A stretch of 64,000 nucleotides of DNA. It comes from an uncultured Gammaproteobacteria bacterium (GTDB taxonomy: Bacteria; Patescibacteriota; Patescibacteriia; Patescibacteriales; UBA12465). Location: NCBI GenBank assembly GCA_964608425.1, contig CAZSNN010000001.1:1073-65072 (forward strand). Reading direction: 5' to 3'. Under the pieces are notes generated by a model. It made no database searches, was not told the DNA's origin, and saw only the letters and a program-made list of their open reading frames with translations. The first letter of the stretch is position 1, and each line of letters starts with the position of its first letter. A program made the position numbers and the translations under genes. This document shows, in pieces, positions 35,772-45,996 of this stretch.

Positions 35772-36905
35772 ATGATTTTGACCCCTACAAATATGAAGAT
35801 AGTTGTAATAAATAATCTATATAAACCTTATCATAAAGGTGGAGCTGAAAAAGTTTGTGAAAAAATAATCTCGGATTTACAAGATCAAAATATTCCTGTT
35901 TTTGTTATCACCACCAAACCGAAAAATTTATTTAAAACTAATACAGAACCCAAAACATATTATCTCAATTCTAATTATTATAATCTAGAAAAAAAATCTA
36001 TATTTTATCGTTTTTTTTGGCAAATAGGAAATTTTTTTAATTTCAATCAATCTCATAAATTAAAAGAAATAATAAAAAAAGAAAATCCTCAAGTAATATT
36101 AACCAACAATCTAATGGGAATTGGCTGGAAAACCTTTAAAATAATTAAGAAGTTAAATATTAAACATCATCACATTTTGCATGACATTCAATTAATTCAT
36201 CCATCGGGTTTAATGTTTTTTGGAAAAGAAAAAAAAATTAATTCCATTATAGCCAAGATTTATCAGAAATTAATAAAAAAAATTATCGGATCACCAGATT
36301 TAATAATATCCCCCTCTAATTGGCTATTACAAGAACATTTAGAAAGAAATTATTTTCCCAATAGTCAAAGTAAAATACAAAAAAATCCTAGGCCGTTCTC
36401 TAGTATAGAAAATTTAAAATTAGATAATGTTAAAAAGGATAAAGAAATAATAAATTTTTTATTCATCGGTCAAATAGCTCAGCACAAAGGCATTGTTTTT
36501 CTAATTAACACTTTCAAAAAAATTAATGATACCAAGATTAACTTGACTATTATAGGAGATGGTCCATTATTAGAAAAAATTAAATTAATTTCTCAAGATG
36601 ATAAACGCATTAAAATTTTAGGCAAAAAAAATAAAGAAGAAATAGCCCTGGAATTACAAAAAAACGATGGTTTAATCGTTCCATCTAATTGCTACGAGAA
36701 CTCTCCAACTGTTATTTATGAAGCTCAGGCTTTTTCTCTACCGATTATTGCCTCTAATTTAGGCGGAATACCTGAATTATTAAATTCAGATAATGACTTA
36801 TTGTTTCACCCTAATAACGAAAAAGATTTAATTGAGAAGATAAATACATTAATAAAAAAGATAAAAAATACCAAAACTATTGACAAAAATAATATTTTAT
36901 TATAA
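35772..36905 (+). CDS. Glycosyltransferase family 1
   Basis: ENSPTVIYEAQAFSLPIIASNLGGIPE GT-B motif; 377 aa; start overlaps the preceding stop. Confidence 0.7.
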   Translation: MILTPTNMKIVVINNLYKPYHKGGAEKVCEKIISDLQDQNIPVFVITTKPKNLFKTNTEPKTYYLNSNYYNLEKKSIFYRFFWQIGNFFNFNQSHKLKEIIKKENPQVILTNNLMGIGWKTFKIIKKLNIKHHHILHDIQLIHPSGLMFFGKEKKINSIIAKIYQKLIKKIIGSPDLIISPSNWLLQEHLERNYFPNSQSKIQKNPRPFSSIENLKLDNVKKDKEIINFLFIGQIAQHKGIVFLINTFKKINDTKINLTIIGDGPLLEKIKLISQDDKRIKILGKKNKEEIALELQKNDGLIVPSNCYENSPTVIYEAQAFSLPIIASNLGGIPELLNSDNDLLFHPNNEKDLIEKINTLIKKIKNTKTIDKNNILL

Positions 36906-36928
36906 CATCTATAAACTAATTTAAAAAT

Positions 36929-37693
36929 ATGGCTAATTTTGAAGACAATTTTTTAATGCACACTTTTAATGAGAATTCTGGAAATCTGCTAGAAAAAAAC
37001 CTTCTAGCAACAATTGATGATAATGCTTACAAAAAAAATCTACAAGAAAAACTGGAAGAAATATTCATAACCAAAAATTATTCAACCTTTAAATCTAGTA
37101 ATGACCCTATTGGCTTACTACTAGAATTAAAAAAAAGAAATCCAGAAAAATATCAAGAATTAAAAAGTGATTATGCTTCAGAAATAAAAAAATTCATTGA
37201 GGAGAGGGTCTCTAAAAATAGACATAAATTTTTAAATGAGTTAAGCTTGGAAGAACAATTTAAAATAATTGAGAAAAGCCAACCTAAAAATTCTGACCCC
37301 AGCGAACCATTGACTGGATTTGCCGATGATCTTCACGCTACCATAGTTGAAGAATTGGATATTGATTATGAAAATTTAGAATATTATACTGCTGTTAATT
37401 CTCATTTAGATTATTGTGGCGTTGATGCTTTTTTGAAATTTAAATATTCGGACCCAAAAGGAAAAGAAAAAGAGATAAGAATTTGTCTAGATATAACTAA
37501 AAATTCAGTTGGCGGGAAAATGGAGCAACAAAAAGAAAAATCTCGAGCTGGGGCAAAATCTTTATCTGATATTGTTATTTTCTCAGAAAATGAAAATTAT
37601 TCCCGAAAAAGAATAGAAGACAAAGAATTAATAGAAAAGACTGCTAAAGAAATTATTAAAATATATAAACAAAAAATAGAGGAGAAAAATTAG
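36929..37693 (+). CDS. Hypothetical protein
   Basis: 254 aa, charged, no recognisable motifs; its stop overlaps the start of the next ORF by 1 nt. Confidence 0.35.
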   Translation: MANFEDNFLMHTFNENSGNLLEKNLLATIDDNAYKKNLQEKLEEIFITKNYSTFKSSNDPIGLLLELKKRNPEKYQELKSDYASEIKKFIEERVSKNRHKFLNELSLEEQFKIIEKSQPKNSDPSEPLTGFADDLHATIVEELDIDYENLEYYTAVNSHLDYCGVDAFLKFKYSDPKGKEKEIRICLDITKNSVGGKMEQQKEKSRAGAKSLSDIVIFSENENYSRKRIEDKELIEKTAKEIIKIYKQKIEEKN

Positions 37694-37965
37694 TGAGCTA
37701 TTTAACAAAAGAAATAATAGATCAATTACAAAGCCCTATCCCTAAAGAAATGTGTGCTTATTCAGTTTGCAAGAATTGTGGTGAGGTGGATTTAGTTGAT
37801 TTCAAAACAGCTTTTGCTCTCATCCTTCTGATGCCGGAGGAAGAGTTAGAAAAAAATCAATCTCAAACACAATGGACAGATTATTATATCGAAACCAATT
37901 TCTGTCCAACCTGCCAGAATAATTCCAGCGAGGTGTCCATAAAAAGGATACCAAAAAAGACCTAA
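37693..37965 (+). CDS. Small zinc-ribbon-like protein (hypothetical)
   Basis: 90 aa with CKNCGE...CPTCQ (two CxxC pairs); GTG start overlapping the upstream stop (TAGTG). Confidence 0.3.
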   Translation: MSYLTKEIIDQLQSPIPKEMCAYSVCKNCGEVDLVDFKTAFALILLMPEEELEKNQSQTQWTDYYIETNFCPTCQNNSSEVSIKRIPKKT

Positions 37966-37979
37966 AAAGGTCTTTTTTT
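37954..37979. terminator. Bidirectional rho-independent terminator between convergent genes
   Basis: AAAAAGACC-TAAAAA-GGTCTTTTTTT: a stem flanked by an A-run and a T-run, serving both the zinc-ribbon gene (+) and hisS (-). Confidence 0.5.
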
Positions 37980-37998
37980 ATAGATATTTAAATTTATA

Positions 37999-39282
37999 TT
38001 ATTTCAACTTAAAGACTTCTTCTGCCCCAGTCTTCATATTTTTTATTTTATACTCCCCTTTTTTAAATTCATCTTCTCCTAAAATAATAACGTAACCAAT
38101 TTTATTTTTATCGGCATATTCAAAGGATTTAGAAATTTTTATAGTATTAAAACTAATTTCAACACGCTTCCCCTCTTTTCTTAGTTTATCAGACAAAGAC
38201 AAAACCGGCTCATCTAATGTCTCGGATAAAATCGGAAAATAATATATCTCATTTTTAACACCAATTTCCGGCAAAATATTCCAAGATTCTAAAAATAATT
38301 TAAAAGTTTCATCACCAGGAGCAAAACCAATAGCCGAAAAACTCTCTCCTCCAAAAATATTAGCCAAACCATTATAACGCCCTCCACCAAACATAGCGCG
38401 ATTATTATCTTCATGATTATCAAATAACTCAAAAACTAAACCGTCATAATAATCGAAACCCCTAATAACCTCGGGACTAAATTTAACATACTCTTCATAA
38501 CCCAATTTTTTTAATTTTTGGATAATCTCTGACAATAAAATGAAGGCTGGAGTTTCTTCCATGTCAGGATTATTATTTATTAATTCCTCCAAACTATCAA
38601 CGGTAATAAACTTTAAAACTTTATCAATTTGTTCATTATTCAAACCCAAACCTTCCATTTTACTAATAAGCTCATCACCAGTCATCTTATTATACTTATC
38701 CATCAAGCGCATTACTAAAATCTTTTGACTATCTTCTAGTTTTATTGAATCAAATAAATGATTAATTAAACCTCGATGATTTATCTTTAGAGTAAAAGAT
38801 CCCTTAGGCGGATTAAAAGCTAAAACCAAATCTAAGCTCATTTGTAAAACCTCCAAATCTGATAAACGATTATCATCTCCAAAGATGTCACAATTTAATT
38901 GCCAAAATTCCCTATTACGACCTCTTTGTGGTTTTTCATTTCTAACAAAATTGGCAATAGAAAATAATTTCAAGGGTTTGGGCGAAGTATTATATATTTT
39001 AGAAACCATTCTAACAACACTAGGGGTCATTTCAGGACGAATAGCTAATTCTCGACCACCCTGATCAACAAAAACCATTAATTCTTTACCTCCAATATCT
39101 TCACCTGATTTAGCCCGATAAACTTCAGCGTTTTCTAAAATAGGAGTTAAATACTCTACAAAGCCATAAGACAAGCAAACTTGACGCCATTTATCAAAAA
39201 TATATTTTCTAATATTCATCTCCTCTGGCAACCAGTCTTTAGTTCCTTTCACCTCCTGATTAGAAATAATTTTGTCTTTCAT
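37999..39282 (-). CDS. hisS: Histidyl-tRNA synthetase
   Basis: Class II motifs (GTKDWLPEE, FRNEKPQRGRNREFWQ motif 2, GGGRYNGL motif 3) and an anticodon-binding C-terminus; 427 aa. Confidence 0.85.
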   Translation of the reverse strand: MKDKIISNQEVKGTKDWLPEEMNIRKYIFDKWRQVCLSYGFVEYLTPILENAEVYRAKSGEDIGGKELMVFVDQGGRELAIRPEMTPSVVRMVSKIYNTSPKPLKLFSIANFVRNEKPQRGRNREFWQLNCDIFGDDNRLSDLEVLQMSLDLVLAFNPPKGSFTLKINHRGLINHLFDSIKLEDSQKILVMRLMDKYNKMTGDELISKMEGLGLNNEQIDKVLKFITVDSLEELINNNPDMEETPAFILLSEIIQKLKKLGYEEYVKFSPEVIRGFDYYDGLVFELFDNHEDNNRAMFGGGRYNGLANIFGGESFSAIGFAPGDETFKLFLESWNILPEIGVKNEIYYFPILSETLDEPVLSLSDKLRKEGKRVEISFNTIKISKSFEYADKNKIGYVIILGEDEFKKGEYKIKNMKTGAEEVFKLK

Positions 39283-39285
39283 AAT

Positions 39286-40011
39286 TTAAATAATTAATTT
39301 ATCTTGTAACTTTTCTTTAGCTAAAATCTGAGCCTCTAATAAACTATCGAAAGTTCCAGCATCAATCCAAGCACCACTAACCATAGCAACATCCAACTCC
39401 CCTTTTTCCAAATACACCTTATTAACATCGGTTATTTCTAACTCTCCTCGAGATGATGGTTTTAAGTTTTGAGCTATATCCACCACCCTATTATCATAAA
39501 CATACAAACCAGTAACACAATAATTTGATTTTGGTTGAGTTGGTTTTTCTTCAATCGAAATAGCCCTATTATTTTCGTCGAACTCTACCACACCAAATCT
39601 TTCAGGATCAGGAACATGCTTAGCAAAAACCTTGGCCCCACCAGAAAAATTTTTAATATCTTCAGAAAAATCATCTTCAAAAATATTATCACCTAAGATC
39701 ATACAAACACTATCTTCATCAATAAAATTTTTTCCAATAATAAAAGACTGAGCTAATCCTTCTGGTTTATCTTGAATTTCGTACGTAAACTTTACACCGA
39801 ACTCTCTACCGCTACCTAATAAGTTTAAATAATGACCAGCCTGCTCCGGAGAGACAATAATTAAAATATCTTTAATGCCAGCCTTTATTAAAGTATTAAG
39901 CGGATAATAAATCATTGGCCGGTTATAAACTGGCAATAATTGTTTAGATGTAACCTTGGTACAAGGACGAAGACGAGTAGCGCTTCCTCCTGATAATACA
40001 ATTCCCTTCAT
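39286..40011 (-). CDS. rmlA: Glucose-1-phosphate thymidylyltransferase (short form)
   Basis: [16 protein letters not shown]...[17 protein letters not shown] sugar-nucleotidyltransferase signature; in an operon with rmlB/C/D homologues. Confidence 0.75.
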   Translation of the reverse strand: MKGIVLSGGSATRLRPCTKVTSKQLLPVYNRPMIYYPLNTLIKAGIKDILIIVSPEQAGHYLNLLGSGREFGVKFTYEIQDKPEGLAQSFIIGKNFIDEDSVCMILGDNIFEDDFSEDIKNFSGGAKVFAKHVPDPERFGVVEFDENNRAISIEEKPTQPKSNYCVTGLYVYDNRVVDIAQNLKPSSRGELEITDVNKVYLEKGELDVAMVSGAWIDAGTFDSLLEAQILAKEKLQDKLII

Positions 40012-40029
40012 ATTCTTTATAATTAAATT

Positions 40030-40950
40030 TTATTTATAATTTTTAACATATTCCCTCAAAGCCTCTTGCCAACTTCTTAAGCTTGATAATTTAGTATTAG
40101 CTAAAACCGAATATTTTGGCCGCTTAGCAGGACGAGGAAACTTATCAGATGAAACTGGTTTAATATTCACCTTAATATTTTTTAATTTAAATAATTCTCT
40201 AGCAGCATCATACCAAATAGCTGGCTCACTATTTCTAATATGATAAATACCAAAATCATTTTTATTATTTAATAGCTCAATTGTCTGCCTAGCTAAATCA
40301 GGAGTATAAGTAAAACAACTTAATTCCTCGTTAACAACCTGAATTTCTGAACGATCTTGAGAAATTTTTAACATTATATCAAAAAAGTTTTCTTTAGAAT
40401 CCAAGGATTTTCCCTTAGGCCCAAATAATTTTGAAGTTCTAATAATATAATATTTCAATTTTTTATTAGCCAATCTTTGTAATTCTATTTCGCCGGACAT
40501 TTTAGTTAGACCATACTTATTGATTGGACATTGAACACTATCTTCAGTAAAACCACCTTTTTCTTTAAATTTCAAAAAACACTCAGCCTCACATCCCTCA
40601 TCCTTACAAATATCGCCACCAAAAACATAATCCGTTGAATAATGAACTAAGACAGAATTATTAGAAATAGCAGCCTTGCCCAAGTATCTTAAAGCTTCGC
40701 CATTTATTTTTTGAGCTAATTTAAACTCATCTTCAAACTCTTCACACTTATCAACGGCATTATAAGCCGAAGTGTTTATAATAATATCTGGTTTAACCTT
40801 GGAAATCTTTGGATTTATTAAATCATATTCCAATAGGTCTAAATCAGAACGATTAAAACCGAAAATCTTATAATCAGGAAAATCAGAAAATTCTTTTACC
40901 AATTGACTGCCCAAATTCCCATCAGAACCCAAAATTAATACTTTTTTCAT
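40030..40950 (-). CDS. rmlD: dTDP-4-dehydrorhamnose reductase
   Basis: KVLILGSDGNLG Rossmann fold, YSTDYVFGG and an RmlD-like substrate region. Confidence 0.7.
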   Translation of the reverse strand: MKKVLILGSDGNLGSQLVKEFSDFPDYKIFGFNRSDLDLLEYDLINPKISKVKPDIIINTSAYNAVDKCEEFEDEFKLAQKINGEALRYLGKAAISNNSVLVHYSTDYVFGGDICKDEGCEAECFLKFKEKGGFTEDSVQCPINKYGLTKMSGEIELQRLANKKLKYYIIRTSKLFGPKGKSLDSKENFFDIMLKISQDRSEIQVVNEELSCFTYTPDLARQTIELLNNKNDFGIYHIRNSEPAIWYDAARELFKLKNIKVNIKPVSSDKFPRPAKRPKYSVLANTKLSSLRSWQEALREYVKNYK

Positions 40951-40956
40951 TTTTAA

Positions 40957-41928
40957 TTATTTATTTTTTAGTTTTTGCCACCAAACAATATTATCTTTAT
41001 ACCAATCAATCGTAGTTTTTAAACCATCAAGAAAATTGATTTGTGGGACCCAGCCCAAGTTTTTTTCGGCCTTAGAGAAATCTATAGCATAACGTAAATC
41101 ATGTCCCAATCTATCGGCTACATATTCAATTTTTTCCTCTCCCTGCTCCATTAATTCTAAAATATTCTTAGTAATATCAATATTCTTTATTTCGTTATCA
41201 CCGCCCAAACAATAGGTTTCTCCAATTACCCCTTTTTTAATAATCATCTCAACTCCACGATTATGATCATCAACATGAATCCAGTCTCTAATATTTTGGC
41301 CGCTTCCATAAACTGGAACCTTTTTCCCTTCTATTAAATTAGTAATGAATAAAGGAATAAGTTTTTCCGGAAATTGATAAGGACCATAATTATTAGAACA
41401 ATTTGAAATTGTAATTGGCAACCCGTGAGTATGGAAATAAGCTCTTACCAAATGATCGGACGCTGCCTTAGAAGCACTATAAGGAGAACGAGGATCATAA
41501 GGCGTTTTCTCATTAAATCTAGGGCTATCAGTTTCTAAAGAACCAAAAACTTCATCTGTAGAAATATGATGAAATCTAATATTTCCATTATTTTTAGCAG
41601 CTTCTAATAATATTCTAGTCCCCTCTATATTTGTTTTAATAAAATCAGCACTATTTTTTATAGATCTATCAACATGACTTTCAGCTGCAAAATGCACAAT
41701 TAAATCGACTCCGGCGATAATTTCATTAACCAAATCAAAATCACAAATATCACCCTGAATAAACTTATACTTATTATTTTCAGAAATATCTATTAAATTA
41801 TCTAAATTACCAGCATAAGTTAATTTATCTAGATTGACTATATAATCATCAGAATTATTTTTGAGCCAGTATCTAATAAAATTAGATCCTATAAAACCAG
41901 CCCCGCCAGTTACAAGAATTTTTGACAT
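40957..41928 (-). CDS. rmlB: dTDP-glucose 4,6-dehydratase
   Basis: ILVTGGAGFIGSNF, the YSASKAASD catalytic YxxxK, and HISTDEVFG. Start set at MSKIL, the track ORF extending to 41958. Confidence 0.85.
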   Translation of the reverse strand: MSKILVTGGAGFIGSNFIRYWLKNNSDDYIVNLDKLTYAGNLDNLIDISENNKYKFIQGDICDFDLVNEIIAGVDLIVHFAAESHVDRSIKNSADFIKTNIEGTRILLEAAKNNGNIRFHHISTDEVFGSLETDSPRFNEKTPYDPRSPYSASKAASDHLVRAYFHTHGLPITISNCSNNYGPYQFPEKLIPLFITNLIEGKKVPVYGSGQNIRDWIHVDDHNRGVEMIIKKGVIGETYCLGGDNEIKNIDITKNILELMEQGEEKIEYVADRLGHDLRYAIDFSKAEKNLGWVPQINFLDGLKTTIDWYKDNIVWWQKLKNK

Positions 41929-42003
41929 AATAAATTTATTATTTATATTACAAAGCAATTATACTATAATAAAAGAGCTTCGTAAAGATAAATATTTTAC
42001 ATT

Positions 42004-42456
42004 TTAATCTATTTTATAAGGAGAATTAGGGTCTTGTTCCCAACGAATTTCATCTATTTCTTCCTTTTTACCCTCACCCTTATATAGTTTATCAGGAAAA
42101 TTTAGACAATAAGAATCTTTATCTCCAATGGCCTTATAGCCATGGACTACTCCCGGTGGAACAATTACCATAGTTGGAACACCCTCTCCCATCTCAGCTG
42201 TAAAATGTTGCCCCTCAGTTTCACTTCCCTGTCTCCTATCCCAAAGATGAAGCTCAAAAGAACCTGGCCCCACAAAGACAAAACAATCGCTTTGAAATTT
42301 ATGCTCATGAGGACCGCGAATCACACCTGGCTTAGTAACACTAATATAAGCCATAGCTGGATGATAATTAACCTCATCCTGACGATATACCTCACTCAAC
42401 CAACCACGATCATCGTGATATTGATTTAAATTCTTAATAATGACATCCTTAATCAT
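42004..42456 (-). CDS. rmlC: dTDP-4-dehydrorhamnose 3,5-epimerase (cupin)
   Basis: DDRGWLSEVYRQ...IRGPHEHK...VPPGVVHGY RmlC cupin motifs; 150 aa. Confidence 0.75.
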   Translation of the reverse strand: MIKDVIIKNLNQYHDDRGWLSEVYRQDEVNYHPAMAYISVTKPGVIRGPHEHKFQSDCFVFVGPGSFELHLWDRRQGSETEGQHFTAEMGEGVPTMVIVPPGVVHGYKAIGDKDSYCLNFPDKLYKGEGKKEEIDEIRWEQDPNSPYKID

Positions 42457-42620
42457 ATTAATATAGATAAATTATAAGTATTAAAATATTAACACCTTAA
42501 AACCCATAAATCAAGCCAACGCTCCAAAGCTCTTGATTTATTTTTATTGTTGTGATATTATAAAAAATACCCATTAATTTGATGGTTTTTTATTGTTATT
42601 AACTATTTAAATAAACAAAT

Positions 42621-42893
42621 ATGAAAAAAGATATTCACCCAAAATACAACGATAAAATCAAGGCTACTTGCGCTTGTGGTTTTGTTATGGAGACTGGCTC
42701 AATTGAATCAGAAATAAAAACTGAGCTTTGTTCAAATTGCCACCCTTTTTATACTGGAAAACAAAAATTAGTAGATACTGCTAATCGCGTTGGCAAATTT
42801 AAAGCTAAATTAGAAAAAAAAGATGATAGTAAAAAAAGTAAAACTACTAAGAGAGCTGAAAAATCTCAAAAGAAAGCTGAAAAGAATCAATAA
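42621..42893 (+). CDS. rpmE: 50S ribosomal protein L31 (with Lys-rich C-terminal tail)
   Basis: MKKDIHPKY...CACG...[12 protein letters not shown] zinc-ribbon L31 signature. Confidence 0.85.
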   Translation: MKKDIHPKYNDKIKATCACGFVMETGSIESEIKTELCSNCHPFYTGKQKLVDTANRVGKFKAKLEKKDDSKKSKTTKRAEKSQKKAEKNQ

Positions 42894-42913
42894 CCACTTC
42901 AAATAAAAAAAAT

Positions 42914-42945
42914 AAAAGCGCCAATTTTGGGGCTTTTATTTTATC
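42914..42945 (+). terminator. Terminator after rpmE
   Basis: AAAAGCGCC-AATTTT-GGGGCTTTT hairpin (one G:G mismatch) followed by TATTTTAT. Confidence 0.4.
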
Positions 42946-42971
42946 TAAATAAAAAAATATTAATTAAAAAT

Positions 42972-44012
42972 ATGGAAAAATTTTTAGAAATTAAAAACAA
43001 ATTTCAAGAGTTAGAGAAAAAATTGTCTGACCCAAAAATCCTTTCCGATTCCAGCGAACTAACTAAAGTAGCCAAAGAACATTCCTTAATTAAGAAAACC
43101 TATAATCTGGTGATAGAAATTGAAAAATTAAATACCAATATCGAAGATAATCAAGAAATAATTAAAACCGAAGGATCTTTCGAGTTAGCTAAAATGGCTC
43201 AAGAGGAAATAATAGAAATGGAAAATAAAAAAGAAGAATTGGAAAAAATATTACACGAAGAATTGAACCCAGCTGACCCCAACGATAAAAAAGATGTTAT
43301 CGTCGAGATTAGGTCTGGCGCCGGAGGAGATGAAGGAGCCCTATTCACTGCCGAATTATTTAGAATGTATTTAAGGTTTTCTGAAAAAAAGGGCTGGAAA
43401 TCTGAAATATTAAGCTCTAGTTCTATTGGAATTGGTGGATATAAAGAAATAATTTTTTCAGTAACTGGAAATAATGTTTATGGACACTTAAAATATGAGG
43501 CTGGCACTCATCGAGTCCAAAGAGTTCCGGAAACAGAAAAACAAGGAAGAGTTCATACTTCCACCTCCACGGTTGTAGTTATGCCCGAAGCCGAGGAAGT
43601 TGATGTCAAAATTGAACCCAATGAATTACGAATTGATACTTTTTGCTCTTCTGGTCCAGGAGGTCAAAGCGTTAATACAACTTATTCGGCCATCCGTATT
43701 ACTCACATCCCAACTGGCCTGGTGGTTAGTTGTCAGGATCAAAAATCTCAACATCAAAACAAGGAAAAAGCCATGCAGATCTTGAGATCTAGACTTTTGG
43801 CAAAAATAGAAGATGAAAGAGCCGAAAAAGAAACCAAGGAAAGAAAAGAACAGGTCGGAAAAGGAGATCGGAGTGATAAAATAAGGACTTATAATTTCCC
43901 TCAAAGTCGGATAACCGATCATCGCATCAATAAATCTTGGCACAATATCAATGAAATAATGGAAGGAGATATAGAAGAGATTATTAATGACCTAAAAAAT
44001 CAAAAATCCTAA
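42972..44012 (+). CDS. prfA: Peptide chain release factor 1
   Basis: [17 protein letters not shown] (PxT anticodon-mimic tripeptide region) and [26 protein letters not shown] motif. Start set at ATG (MEKFLEIK), the track ORF beginning at a TTG at 42927. Confidence 0.9.
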   Translation: MEKFLEIKNKFQELEKKLSDPKILSDSSELTKVAKEHSLIKKTYNLVIEIEKLNTNIEDNQEIIKTEGSFELAKMAQEEIIEMENKKEELEKILHEELNPADPNDKKDVIVEIRSGAGGDEGALFTAELFRMYLRFSEKKGWKSEILSSSSIGIGGYKEIIFSVTGNNVYGHLKYEAGTHRVQRVPETEKQGRVHTSTSTVVVMPEAEEVDVKIEPNELRIDTFCSSGPGGQSVNTTYSAIRITHIPTGLVVSCQDQKSQHQNKEKAMQILRSRLLAKIEDERAEKETKERKEQVGKGDRSDKIRTYNFPQSRITDHRINKSWHNINEIMEGDIEEIINDLKNQKS

Positions 44013-44041
44013 TTAACCTTAGGATTTTTGCTAATTAAAAG

Positions 44042-44923
44042 ATGACTATCAAAAATAAAATTATAGAAGCATCAAAAGACCTAAAAAAATCAAAAATTAA
44101 TTCCTATCAACTAGAAGCTGAATTAATAATTTCTTTTGTTTTAAAAATAAGCCGAGAACAATTATTTACCAACAATAACCAAGAAATTACCAAAAAACAA
44201 GATATTCAAATAAACAATTTAATAAAAGAAAGATTGACCGGAGAACCAATTGCTTATTTATTAAAAGAAAAAAACTTTTATAATTTAAGTTTTTTTGTAA
44301 ATAAAGACACCTTAATCCCCCGTCCAGAAAGTGAATTAATAATTGAACAAGTTCTTCAAGAAATTAAGAATAAAAATCAAGATAAGAAAATAATTATCGA
44401 TATTGGAACTGGTTCTGGTTGTCTAATCATAAGCTTGGCTCATAATTTAAAAAGACAAGACAATATAAAGTATCTAGGGATTGATATTAGCCCCCTAGCT
44501 ATTAAAGTGGCTCAAAAAAACTCTAGGAAGCATCAATTAAATAAAAAAATAAAATTTATTTCTGGTAATCTACTGGAACCAATTATTAAAAATCTTAATG
44601 AAGAAAAAAATATAGATATAATAATCTTAGCTAATTTACCATATTTAACAAAAAAAGAAATTAAAGAATCCCCTAGCATCAAACATGAACCCTATACGGC
44701 ATTATATGGTGGAATAGACGGTCTACAATATTATCGCAAATTACTAGCTCAAATAAAAAAAATAAAAGCTAATAATAATATTTCTATTTATCAAGAAATA
44801 AGCCCTTGGCAAAAAAATCCATTAAGAGACTTAACCAAAAAAAAATTAGGATTATATAATCCTAAGATAAAAGTAATCAAAGATTTATCAAAAAAAGATC
44901 GACTAATAATAACCAAAATATAG
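44042..44923 (+). CDS. prmC: Release-factor glutamine N5-methyltransferase
   Basis: IDIGTGSGCLII SAM motif I; the catalytic tetrapeptide reads NLPY instead of NPPY; sits immediately after prfA as in the prfA-prmC operon. Confidence 0.8.
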   Translation: MTIKNKIIEASKDLKKSKINSYQLEAELIISFVLKISREQLFTNNNQEITKKQDIQINNLIKERLTGEPIAYLLKEKNFYNLSFFVNKDTLIPRPESELIIEQVLQEIKNKNQDKKIIIDIGTGSGCLIISLAHNLKRQDNIKYLGIDISPLAIKVAQKNSRKHQLNKKIKFISGNLLEPIIKNLNEEKNIDIIILANLPYLTKKEIKESPSIKHEPYTALYGGIDGLQYYRKLLAQIKKIKANNNISIYQEISPWQKNPLRDLTKKKLGLYNPKIKVIKDLSKKDRLIITKI

Positions 44924-44925
44924 TT

Positions 44926-45987
44926 TTAAAAATTTTCTATACTAATAGAGGTTCTTTCATCGATTAAATGAATCCAAGTTTTCCCTGAATTAAAAACAAC
45001 TTCATCGCCGCTCTCTAAATAATAACGAGTTCTATCTTCGTTATTATTTTTTTGCCAATAACTTTGGTGACAATATCCATCCAAGCAAACTACAGCCTTC
45101 CCCTGACCCAATAAATCAATCCTTAGTCTTAATTCGCTATCCAAAATCTCCGTCTCCACAAATTGCAAAATAATATTATCAACTTTTATATTTTCTCCGG
45201 AATCATCTAATTGCTCTTCTCCGGCAATTTTTTTTATATAATTATTGTCATTTAAATTATAATCCCAACTGACATCATATTGACTTTGGCCATTTTTGAC
45301 CTGAATATTAAAATTAGCCAAAGATCTATCAATATTAGAAAAGATTTCCTTTTCTTTAAATCTCCAAGCAATAAACTTTGAATTATTTAAATTATTTTCT
45401 TTTAAATAATCTTTGATTAAAACATATTGGGCTAAAACATTATGAGGAGCTGTGTAGCCAGAATATCTTAAATAATATTGCCCATTATAAAATTCATTTA
45501 GCGTTAATAATTTTTCCTTTATGACCCTGGCCAAAGCCTCGGGACTACCTCCGCAATGCAGAAGCAGAGATTGGTATTCTTTAGCAATATCTAAAAAATA
45601 TGGACGAGCACTTCTAATCGGACCAATTTGAAAATCATCTTCCATATCAGATCTAAAGAAGGCTAAATAGCGATTAATACCACCTTCGGCTGGAATATCA
45701 TAAACAACTTCAGCTCGAGAAAGACCAAATTGAGGACGAGCCTCGCTATGATTATCAATTACAGCAGAAATGAGAAAAGGCTCTCCTTGGCCCAATTTAA
45801 CTTTCTGTCCATCAATTAAACGAACCTCACAATTATCCTGGCAATCGTCTAAGGGAGAGAGATTGTTTTCCAGATTAATATTATTATTTTCAGAGTTTTT
45901 TATTATCGAAAAGAAAAAGAAAAATAATAAAACCAACACTATAGCTAAAATATAAATTATTATTTTATTTTTTTTAATAAAGTCCAT
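44926..45987 (-). CDS. DUF3048-domain secreted/membrane-anchored protein (YerB-like)
   Basis: N-terminal TM/signal anchor; VIDNHSEARPQFGLSRAEVVYDIPAEGGINRYLAFF matches the conserved DUF3048 N-domain motif; 353 aa. Confidence 0.5.
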   Translation of the reverse strand: MDFIKKNKIIIYILAIVLVLLFFFFFSIIKNSENNNINLENNLSPLDDCQDNCEVRLIDGQKVKLGQGEPFLISAVIDNHSEARPQFGLSRAEVVYDIPAEGGINRYLAFFRSDMEDDFQIGPIRSARPYFLDIAKEYQSLLLHCGGSPEALARVIKEKLLTLNEFYNGQYYLRYSGYTAPHNVLAQYVLIKDYLKENNLNNSKFIAWRFKEKEIFSNIDRSLANFNIQVKNGQSQYDVSWDYNLNDNNYIKKIAGEEQLDDSGENIKVDNIILQFVETEILDSELRLRIDLLGQGKAVVCLDGYCHQSYWQKNNNEDRTRYYLESGDEVVFNSGKTWIHLIDERTSISIENF

Positions 45988-45996
45988 ATTTCAAAA

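Noticed and set aside
42457-42620. Divergent intergenic region between rmlC and rpmE with inverted repeat AAATCAAG...CTTGATTT
   Set aside because: The stem encloses a 16-nt loop and lacks a U-tract. Promoter hexamers are ambiguous in this AT-rich DNA, so the region was not annotated beyond noting divergent promoters.
42972-44012. RF1 anticodon-mimic tripeptide reads PET rather than PAT/PVT
   Set aside because: The middle residue of PxT is variable among RF1s. The protein is otherwise a canonical RF1 with an intact GGQ, so this is not considered significant.
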